DNA of 54,270 bases, filler included, from Basidioascus undulatus (Eukaryota): NCBI GenBank assembly GCA_000826855.1. It is 3 parts of 3 records of this genome, joined end to end, with 100 filler letters (N's around TTAATTAATTAA, not from the genome) between each part and the next. Parts side by side here need not be neighbours in the genome. Positions count along the whole stretch, not along the records: positions 1 to 18,036 come from JTLS01000493.1; 2 more parts are not named here. One strand, 5' to 3'. Position numbers and translations under genes: made by a program. The notes beneath the pieces were generated by a model, which saw nothing but the letters and a program-made list of their open reading frames with translations, did no database searches and was not told the origin of the DNA. Of this stretch, positions 1-10,369 are shown piece after piece (positions within the stretch are counted from its first letter, which is position 1; each line of letters opens with the position of its first letter).

Positions 1-647
1 TCGCAGGGCAACCGCCCACCGACGTTCAAGATCTCTTGCAAGGCATACGACTTGAACATAATGTTGTTATCTCCTTCGTTCCCCGCTCGACCTCCTCCCT
101 GCTCGCCGCGCTCGCCCGCAAGTCATGCAGCTCGTCCTCGACGCGCTCAATGCGCGCAAGGTGCGTCTGCACTTTGGATGTCTCGGAAGCGAGCGAGTTT
201 ATGGTGGACTGCAGAGTTGCGGAGGCAGCCTGTGAAGTATCCAGAGAGGACAATGAGATATGCTACTCAAGATTGACCATGAGTATATGGAAAGACGCAC
301 TTGGTACTCTTGCAGCAGGTAACAGTAGCCCGCTGCTGAGGCCAGAGCGAAGCCAAACGCGAAGCCCATCAACCTATTATCCGTTCACCCATGAGCTCAC
401 CCATGCACCAAACATGCCGTGAATGTGCCATTCACGCCGCTGGTCAAACTCACCCTCCGCGGAACCCACCGACAGGCTGCTTCACCCTCACGCTCCCCGT
501 GAACGCTGGCTCCGGCTCCCGAGGAGAGGCAGGCGGATGGGTGGGCGAGGGCGCGTCCGCCCGACGGGGGATGGAAGTTCCGAACGAACGGCGGATGAAA
601 GCGGGTTGTCTGGGATGTCTAAGGAGGAGGCGGAGTAGTGGAGCCAT
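1..647 (-). CDS. Small mitochondrial membrane protein with coiled coil, function unknown (spliced; 3' end at or beyond window edge)
   Basis: ATG at 647 gives an Arg-rich, acid-free N-terminus (MAPLLRLLLRHPRQPAFIRRSFGTS). It continues VKQPVGGFRGG | intron | LMGFAFGFALASAAGYCYLLQEYQ (TM helix) | intron | heptad-like SSLDTSQAASATLQSTINSLASETSKVQTHLARIERVEDELHDL. Confidence 0.75.
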
Positions 648-870
648 GTTGCTGGGCGGAGGAGAACGAGAAGATCGAGGGCGGAAGACAGTCAGGTCCC
701 AAGGGCGCGCGTGCCAGTTCGTCGCGAGAAGGCGGTCAGTTGGTTCCCTGACGACGCCCATCATCTCAATCCGCATACTGACCCACATATCGAATATCCC
801 ATTTTCGATCTCACGCTGAGATCAATACATTCGAGCTCACGAGGCTTCTCACTCATCTTCGAACGCTCGA

Positions 871-2541
871 ATGCTCGCTCGACGAGCCCTCCCCGGGTTC
901 CGCACCTTCGCTCTGGCCCCGCTGCGGTCATACGCCAAAGCGTATGCGCCCTCGCAGAACTCGCCAAATGCGCATATCGTAGCGCACCTTGTAAGATGTG
1001 CGCTCGTTTCTCGCTCACTTCGTCCTTAATTTAGAGAAATGACGGGGCAAGTGGATAGGCGTGGAGGAAGAGCTGGCGCAGCCATCTCCCAACAAGTTCC
1101 GGATCAAGAGCTTGCGCACGGGGATCCGCATCATCGATGGACTGGGATGGAAACTCGAGAGCGGGGCGCAGGCGAAGGAGGTGTGTCTTTGCGTCTGGAT
1201 CAGAAGGCACATGAGCGCGGCAGCGCTGACTCTTAGCTGTGCAGATCCAAGGGATCGGCGATGGCATCGCTCGTCGGGTGGAAGACGCGCTGCAGGCCGC
1301 ACCCGGCTCCTCCGTGCGTATGATCTTCATTCAAATCCTCCGCCCCGAGCTGATAGCTGTCTCCACCTATGCGTTCTCAGGACCGCCCAGACGAGCCCAA
1401 ATCCGCAGCTTCAACTTTCCTCTCCACTCTCGCGCTCTTGCAGTCTCTCCCAGGCATCGGTCCATCGCGCGCGCGCATGCTGGCTTCCGAGCCACACAAC
1501 TGCACCACTCTCTCCGACCTGCGGCGACTAGAAATCTGGAAGCTCCTCACGCAGGCGCAGCGGACGGCGGTGGACTTCCGGGAGAAGGGCGTGAAGGAGA
1601 GGATTCCGAGGGAGGCGATTGTGGAAGTGGAGGTTCGTGGGAGGATCAAATGGCGCGGTTGAAGAGAAACTTACAGGCAAAAGAGGGGACAGAGAAAAGT
1701 GAAGGGCGCGCTGAGGGAGCTGGATCCAGAGTGGGAAGTACTAGTCGGGGGCTCATAGTTCGTCTCTCGTATCCCACGCTTCCACCCGGTTGATGCTGAC
1801 TGCATTTCCACCCAGTCGACGTCTCTCCCCAACCTCGTCCGACATCGACCTCCTCCTCTTCCACCCGTCGCACACTGCCGCGGTCGAGCCCCGCAGCAAG
1901 GAGGATCCCCTCCGGCTGGTGCTCGATGCGCTCAAGGAGGCTGATGTTTGGGCGGGCAGCTTGTCGGAGGGGAAGAATAAGGCGATGGGTTATTGCCAGC
2001 TGTCGGCGACTGCGCCCTCTGACGCTGAGCCGCAGTCGGAGGCCGAGAAGCCATTCGGACGGATGGACGTCAAGTGCGTTTTGTTCTCTTTGTCTCGCTC
2101 TTCCTCTCACATGTGTTTCGCTCGTGAGGCGCTTCAACTGACGTCGGATGCCCACCTCGCAGTCTCGTCCCGCTCTCCGCGCGGCCTGCGGCACTCCTAG
2201 CCTTCACAGGCGACACGTCCTACAACCAGCACATTCGCAATCTCGCGCGGGAGCGGGGCCTGCGGCTCAACGAGCACGGCCTGTGGGAGCTCGATCCGGA
2301 GACGGGCAAGCCAACGGCGCGGATCCCGACGCCCAGCGCCGAGAACGGGAGCATCGAGGATGCTGAGCGCGGGTTGCTTGAGGTGCTGGGGGACGTGTGG
2401 ATGAGCCCGGAGGACAGGAGGTGGAACGAGATCGCGAGGCTGAAGGTGGAGAAGGACAGGGGGGAGGGCGTCGGTAAGGCGGGAAAGGGCAAGGGCAAGG
2501 GAAAGGGCAAGAAGAAGGGAGAGGCGAACGAAGAGCCATGA
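871..2541 (+). CDS. Family X DNA polymerase, Pol beta-like architecture (8 kDa + polymerase domain, no BRCT), multi-exon
   Basis: Spliced reading: PNAHIVAHLVRCVEEE...KFRIKSLRTG...ESGAQAKEIQGIGDGIARRVED (HhH1), LQSLPGIGPSRA (HhH2), KERIPR, VGGSYRRLSPTSSDIDLLLFHP (GS-x-RR and DxD), GRMDVNLVP (third Asp), LLAFTGDTSYNQHIRNLARERGLRLNEHGL. TGA at 2539-2541. First intron 998-1058. Confidence 0.92.
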
Positions 2542-2789
2542 ACGGGCAGGCGGACGATGCACTACTTTTTCACACGTACTGTGTGCTTCAAATCTCTGTT
2601 TTGCATGAAGGTCCTGCAGTACTGAAAACTGAAAGCAGTCAACCACCCTCTTTCACATTCACGTGTCGTCATCTCTGCGCCGCCAAATTACGTCCGCGCC
2701 ATATCGTCGTGTGTCGAACTGCGCGTCTTTTGGCATCCGATTCGACCTATCCGTATCCACAACACCTGCCTAGCTCATTCAAAGACAGC

Positions 2790-4484
2790 ATGTGCGGTCG
2801 CTTTGCTCTGGGTATTAACCACGACGAGTACGAGGCCCGGATCGAGCGCGACTATGGGCGGCGGTTCGCGCGCTGGGAGGGCAGGGACGAGTTCAGGCCG
2901 AGGTGCGTCCTACTTACTCTTTCTCTTCACACCTTGGGCGAGCTTAACGCGTCCTAAACTGAACATACGTCGCGACTTCTTACAGCTACAACGTCAGTCC
3001 TACAAGCCGCGCGCCGGTGATCAGGGCTGCGCCGGCGCACGTCGACGAATCCGCACCGGCAGCGGAGTTCGTGCAGACCATGGTACGCGTCCTTAGCATA
3101 ATACTACTTACGGTACCAAACTTAGAGTGCGGTGGATAGCGCTGGGGTGTCATTCCTCACTGGCAGAAGGTAAGTGCGTTGGGGCGAATCCCGAGGCGAT
3201 GAAACCCAGCATGCTGATCGCTAGACTTCCGTCCACAGGAGATGCCCGCGCCGGGCCAGACGATGCACACCATCAACGCACGCTGCGAGGCGGTCGAGGA
3301 GGGATCTTCGGGACTCTGGAACAGCTTAAGGGGGTCGAAACGCTGTGTGATCGCGTGCGAGGGGTAAGTCTTGCATTCAATTGTCCACGGCGTCTGGATA
3401 CGCGCTGACCTCGTTCTGGCTCTGGTCTGGCTCTGGCTACTTGGGAAGCTTCTACGAGTGGCTTGCGAAGGGCAAGGAGAAGCTTCCGTACTTCACGAAG
3501 CGCAAGGACGGCCGCATGTAAGTTGATGGCCTGGAAACTGTATGTACCGAGTCGACTGTAATAGACTGACGATGCTGGAGTAGGTTCCTGTTCGCGGGGC
3601 TGTGGGACGTGGTCAACTTCCCAGGTAGGTCCATGCGTCCCTTCTCTTTTTTTTCCTAAGCAGCTCATCCACGTATGGCTCTCGGCAGGCGAACCTCCCC
3701 TGCATACCTTCACGATCCTCACGACCAACGCCGCCCCGTCTCTCACGTTCCTTCACACGCGCATGCCGGTCGTCCTGCCGACGTGGGAGGTTGCGGACGC
3801 GTGGCTGGACTGCAGGAAGGGGTGGACCAAGGAGGTCAGGGGGTTGATGAAGAGCTGGGAGGGTGAGGTCGAGTCGTAAGTTCTTCGAGAACCCTCACAT
3901 TTACCACAGTTGCTTAAGACGGTGTGGGCTGCTCTACAGGTACGCGGTAACGAAGGAGGTAACTTGCAGTCCCCACCAATGCCCTGTTGAACGAGCTTCA
4001 TGTCAAGCATTGACTGACGACCGCGAACCAACAGGTCTCGAAGCCCGGGCCGTCATCTCCCACCTTCATACAGCCCATCTCGCAGCGCAAAGACGGCATT
4101 GCGTCCTTCTTCGCGAAGCAAGCCGTGTCGAAACCGGCGAAGTTCGATACGGTCTCCCCATCCAAGCCGACAACCTCTACCGCCGCAACCGGTCCCTCTT
4201 CGTTCAAATCCGCCATCGCCGCGTCGGAACCGGAGACGAGCTCTCCACCGGCGTCATCTAGCCAGAAACGTCGGGCCGAGGTGATCGACCTGGACGAGGA
4301 GGAGGATGGGGACGGCGCGGATGACCGCGCGGGGGACGCGAAAGGGACGAAAGCGAAGGCTCCGCCTGCGAAGAAGGCCAAGCCGACGCCGACGAAGGCG
4401 CCGGAGAAAGGGGGCGGGAAGGGAGGAGGATCTAAGAAGGACAAGGGGAAGATAACAGGATTCTTCAAAAAGGCTGAGGCCTAG
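2790..4484 (+). CDS. SRAP domain protein (HMCES/YedK family abasic-site protector), multi-exon
   Basis: N-terminal MCGRF (catalytic Cys2), YNVSP, WGVIPHW, TINARCE, KRCVIACEG|FYEW, FAGLWD, TFTILTT, HTRMPVVL. A disordered Lys-rich tail ends ITGFFKKAEA*. Confidence 0.95.
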
Positions 4485-5620
4485 GGATAGGCATCGGAGG
4501 CGGGGGAGAAAGATGGGACAATACGCAGTTCGGGCGCGGGATACTTTTTGGTCGCGGCTCTTTGGCATGGACTGTTGTTGTGCCATTCTGCAGTGCTGAC
4601 TGTGAATATGCCTTAAGGGAATACCAATATGTCAATTTCTTCTTCGTAGACAGGCCCTCGCGCAGTCTGATCGCTGTACAATTTCAACCGGCACTCAATG
4701 AGGATCTCGACGTCGTTGGAACCTGGATAGCATGTTGTGAATACAGCAGAAACAAGCGGTACTAACGGCTTGCAATTCGTGATGTGCCTGAATACTGTGC
4801 AATCAGGCTGCGAAGGGCTCAGACAACGACCGGTGCCGCTGAGAACTTGAGAACCACGAGGAACAGCAGCGTCGACGTAATTTCTGCCCCGAAGGCCGAA
4901 ACTCATGGAACTTCCCTCATGTTCGGGCGTCCAATGCGGATATAGTGCTTTGTGGCAGCCGGACCGCATGATCACGGCGGTGAGAGAGGGGCGACTTTCA
5001 AAGCACACGCGGTCGTGTTCTGGACCTGCTCTGCCGGGCTCACAGCCGGATGAAACTTGATGGTACAGAGCAACCTTGGTTTATTCAATGTACGTAGTAC
5101 CCATGGCGCAATTGAGCGCAGTCAGTATTCGAGATAGCGTCAGTCCCCTGTGCCTCGAAGCAGCTATTCTTGCACACCGTCGTCCGTTCACTCCGTCGGG
5201 TGCTCGCGTGGTCTGCAGCACTTCCACATGCAGACCCACGCAGCGTGAACATTCTGATAAGACTGTCATGCGGCCTCCGGATCAATCTGTCGAATGCCGT
5301 CACTATTACTACGACCCCCTCTCACAGACCGTGCCTGTCGGAATCTGCGAGCCGCGTGCTACGGCCTAAAAATGTTCATGGTGCTCACCTTCCGACAGTG
5401 ATTTTGATTGCGTGAAGACAAATGGGTGATGGGCGGTTGTTATCTAACGGAGTCAAAGTTGCTATAAGTGCGAGAGTCAGAAACGAGCGCTCACGCAGTC
5501 TTTCGTTTCTCGCATCCCCGACCCTTGCTCTTGTAACGCCCTCCCAACTTGCCTCCATCAATGGTGTGGTCACTGTCAGACCCCGATCATGTCCCGGTGG
5601 TGGTATGACCGCTGTCGGCC

Positions 5621-8600
5621 ATGAGTCGGGTTACCAGCTCCGAGTCCCCGGCGTCCGACGAGAAGGACCAGCTCTCCGAGAAGGGCAAAGACCTTGAAGC
5701 AGCCGACGTCGAGTTCCGCACTCACGTTGCCGCTGTTGAGGCTTGGGAGGACACTGGAAAGGAAAAGGTCCTGGGTGAGTTTTATACCACTTCTGTTTAG
5801 ATAAGTCTTCACAAAGTTGCCCTCAGAAACTACCGAGGACTTTGCCACCCACATCGTTTCGCTCGAGGATGACCCGACGTGAGCACCGGCCCCAAACCTT
5901 TATACATATCGCCTTTCTTCCTGACTTGGCGGAATAGTTCGGGTGCGGCTTGTCGTGCTTTGGGGCTGCGCTGGGCGAGGTGCGTATTCACCTGGGGCTA
6001 TTGTGTGGGTTTTTCTAACGCCACACCCAGGTCTTCAACTTCAGGCCTCAGACAGTCTACGTCAGCGCTCTCTGTACGATGTCTATTCCCCGCTGTGCTT
6101 CCTTGGGAGGGACGTAGCTGACTTCAAACGTCAGTCCTGCAACTCAATCTCTTACATTGTCGGGAGGGCTCTCGCCTTGGTCCTTCCCCACCCCGGTTCG
6201 CGCTTTCACAACGGCGGCAAGTTCATGAACTGGCTGAATCCGGGCCCGTTCAGTAAGTGATTACACAGAAGTTTAAGCGATTCTCTTCCGGCTAACCCAT
6301 TCTCGTCAACCCCGGCAGACATCAAAGAGCACGCCGCTGCTCTGGTGATGCAAGTTCGGCCTCAACTAGCGCAACTGCTATCAATGTGCGTTCATCTGGG
6401 CACTTTCCTCATTGGTTTCCCCTTTCGTCGAATGCGGAGGCTCATCAATTCTCGAACAGGTCTTCGCAGTATGACAACCTGGCGGTGACAGAAAGGCTCA
6501 TGTTCTAGCTGGCTCACGCAAATGTGTTCCTGCAGACTGACGACCTGTACAACAACACGAAAATCAATCCTGGGGTTGCGATCTTCACGCTACTTGCATC
6601 CCAACTACGTGAGCAGAAGGAATTTGTTAATCCGGTCGGGGGATTGCTGATGCTCTCGATACTTGCAGTTGGATTCGGCATTGGCGGGCTCCTGCTTAGC
6701 TTCTTGGTCTACCCGACGTGTGAGTATCCGGTAAATTGTGATTCTCGTGATCAGCCCAATCGTAACTAAGTGGGTCGGTTTGTCAAGTCATGCTTTGGCC
6801 ATCCAACCTCATCAAGGTCAACTTATTTGATGCGCTGCACCGCGGACAAGGCAGGGTCCTCTCATGATTGACACTGCAAAGGTTCACGTCGCTAAGCTGT
6901 TCATATAGGAAACCTTGTGCAAGGGAAACGGTAAGTTGCTTGCAATACACTGTTAGGAACTCACTTTGAGTCTGATGCGAATACCCAGTGTGCGCTTCTT
7001 CCGGATCTGAGCAATTGCCATGTGAGGATTTTCCTCTCCGGTTTGCAGGTCAGCAGAATACTGACTCGATCGTATTGCTTTGCCTGGGAATGGGTTCCTG
7101 AGGTGTTTAAACACATCTATTACGGGTGTTCATTCTGTACTGACCGCGTCCCACACAAGTTCGTGGCGCCGACCCTCGCGGGAATCTCGATCGTGTGCTT
7201 GGTACGTCCAGTCGCAGCCTACAACAGGGATTTTACTTACTTGTGGTGCGAGGATAGGTACGCCAGGACTCCGCGTGGGTCAGCCGGCTCTTTTGGTGGT
7301 ACCAATGGTAATGAGGGCTTGGACCTGTTCTCCATCTGCCTGGATCTCTTGAGTGAGCAGGGGCGTGCCATCACTTCTCATGGAGGAGCTTGCTGCATAC
7401 TAACTTTGCACTTTAGTCCTCCGCTAGACACAACTTCAGGTGTGTCCATCCTCGAGCACACAGGCTAACGTTCTGGCTGATATCAATTTGCAATGGAAGC
7501 CCCATTCTACACACCGATCTACACCCAAATCAGCAATTACGCTGGGTACATGCGGCGACCTGTTTTTGCAATTTTGAAAGTTATCTGAACCTCTTTCTCT
7601 TCTCATAGATATGCCGTCTGTGCCATCGTGCTCGCTGCATGCTACCAACAAAACGTCTGGAACGCAATGAGCTTTCCTTCATCTTCCAGAGCTTGTTCTA
7701 CCAAAATGGTATGGCGTACAACCAATGGGCAATCCTGAACGTGCGTATTTTGTTTAATCCGGCCTTACATCCTTCACGCACTTCTTACGAGAACATCGGC
7801 GACGCGAGCAGCCAGGCGACTACACCCTGAATCATAAGCTTTTGGCCGAGCACGGTCAGCCCTGGCAGTCCACCTCGAATGTGCGTTTCTGCCTATTACT
7901 GCATACTTTATACGAACAGCCTGTACTCATCGTCCTTCCTCGTTCTAGGCACTTTACTACATGGCAAGTTGTTGAAATGACGAGGAAGCCCCTTTCCGCT
8001 CTGACAAATCCTCCTTCACAGGGATGCAACTTCAGGTAGGAATTTTCATACTCATTTGAGGGATAAATATCACGTATCGTCATGCCCTACAGCTGTGACG
8101 CCACTATTGTGGTGAGTGATGCTGTGGCCCCCTTCCTTGCTGCGACGACTGACTTGCGGTGGTACAGCACGTTATTTGTATGGGAAGGTGAGAATATCAA
8201 ATTCGGTCCTCAGGAAGCACAATTTTTTTTTTGTTTTTTTTTGGCTCACAGGACATTATCCATGCCTTCAAGGCTTGGTAAGAAACCGGCTCGGTTGGCT
8301 TCCCAGTCAAATCAGCGCAGTTGAAGCTGATCGGTGCCACTTGGGTTCATGACATTCTCAGGAAGAACGGTGAAATCAAGGACCCGCACTACGAGAACAT
8401 GAAGGCATACGAGGAGATTCCGATGTGGTGGTACGTGATCACCATGATTTCGCTGTACTATAAAACAGGTAATGGCATGAGGAGCGTTGCAGGTACGGGG
8501 CGATTATCCTGGGCGGCTTTGCATGGCGGTACGCCCGCTTTCCCTAAATCGTCTTTTCAAATGGCTGAGGTTTAAATAAATTGTTCACAGATGGCTTGCA

Positions 8601-9420
8601 TCTATACCGGGCACAGCGGGTTGCCTTGGTGGGGCCTCATCGCCGCGCTTATGTAAGCTATCATGCGTGCCTGTCCATTCCGATTGGTCGCCGACTAACG
8701 GCTTTATCCGGACAGCATCGGATCCTTCATTCTACCTTTCTTGTGCGGTATGGAGGCCATCACGACGTAGGAACTACGATCCTTTCAATGTGTTGTTGAA
8801 ATCCCCTCAAACGCTGAAGCTCGTCTGCCTTCCAGATTCGCTCCAGAAACCGCTCAGCTGGTAATGAATTACGCCTATGAACGGACCCGATCTGAGCTCA
8901 TTTAAATATACGACCCTCATTTCCAGATGCTTGGAGCGGCTTGCTTCCCGGGATCGCCTCAGGCAAACATGTTGCGCAAAATGCCACAGCACTGACTTAA
9001 CAGGCGGTCTGACCTTCCTGCCTATCAGCGGTTCGAACTCTACAGTGCAACTGCCCTTAAACAAGGGACGATAATGGTTTCTGATCTCAAGCTCGGCCAG
9101 TATGTACGCCAGGGTCTCTCCGCAACCATTCCCCGGCAACCGGTCTAACCCTCACCATTATCATCAAGCTGCCCCCGAGGACGACTTTCTCGGTGCAGTG
9201 CGGTAAGTCCTGCCATAAATCCGACAGCTGAGTAATCTAGTAGCGGTTAAGCAATCTCCCACTTTCTGCAGTGGGCACTGTTATCGGCGCACTCCTCAAC
9301 TACGTCTGTCTCACTGTCACCACACGATGCATATCACCGTCTGTAAGAGAGTGCGCGCTGATCTTGCGTTTGCTCGCACAGATGATCATGGTACCCTCGG
9401 TGACCTTGTGGGCGCTCGGG
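5621..9420 (+). pseudogene. OPT-family oligopeptide transporter, disrupted and 3'-truncated
   Basis: Motifs WLNPGPF.IKEHA, LLASQL.GFGIGG, FAWEWVPE, FGGTNGNEGL, DPHY..MKAYEEIPMWWY, SDLKLGQY..LPPR, GTVIGALLNY. In-frame TGA at 7008-7010 (RVRFFRI*AIA) and an apparent 1-nt frameshift near 7675 (NVWNAMSFP / FIFQSLFYQNG). The C-terminal TM segments are not found. Confidence 0.8.
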
Positions 9421-10369
9421 CGTTTTCAAAATTTGCAACGACTGTTGCGCTATGTCGGAATCTCTTCTTCCCTGGTCTCATTCCATTCTTCTCTGCTTTT
9501 CTTCGTCCTAGGTATTGCCTATGTTTAATTGTAATTGGAATTTTTACGATGCTCGCATAGATGTGATTGATGGCATGCGCACCCCTTTGGCCATGGTCGA
9601 GTCAGCAGTCACTGTTCTTCACCACGTAGCATTCAGAGAAGCATCAAGGTGCCTTTGGGACTCTGAGAACATCAGCTTTGCGCGATAAGCTACTGCTCTT
9701 TCAGTACTCCCATGAAACTTTCACATCCAGGACGTCTGGTGTATCCGCAGCTCCAGGCAGCCATCCTTCCTGACCGCGTCCGGCTGGAACTTGGCTGGGC
9801 CTGACAGCCCGACGCTGCAAGAATGTTCGCTACAGCCTATGCAGACCTCCCGGCCGCGACATCGCAGCGTTCGGATGTACATCATTACACCTGCTCTCCA
9901 ACGTCCGCACGCGCACTGAAAAAAAAAAGAAACTATTCATGTCCTCCCTACCCGTCCTCCCTACCCCGCACCCAGCCGCACCACCGCCGATCCAGTCGAG
10001 CAGCGCGGACGAGAATCAAGGGCGTAGGACGGCGGGAGACGAGGGAAAGCGCCGGAGAAAAGGGCAAGGTATGACTACAACAGTAGAAGCACATGAGTTC
10101 AGGACGAGAGGAGATGCTAGCGCTGCTAGACTGTGTTTGTTTGTTTTTGTCGTTATTGTCTGTTGTGGAGAGAGGGAAGGAGAGTGATGGGACGTCCAGC
10201 CCTGGAAGAGAGGAGAGAGGAGAGGGGAAAGGGAGAGAGGGAGAGGGAGAGTGAGAGTGCCTTGGGACCCAAATGGAAAAACGCAAGAAAGAAGAGTGAG
10301 TGACCGGCGTGTGTTGAGAGGAAAGGGAAAAGGACATGGAGGTGGAAAGCCAGAGAAATCGAAAGCGTG

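Noticed and set aside
4613..5008. 131-aa minus-strand ORF
   Set aside because: No motif, no convincing start and no splice structure.
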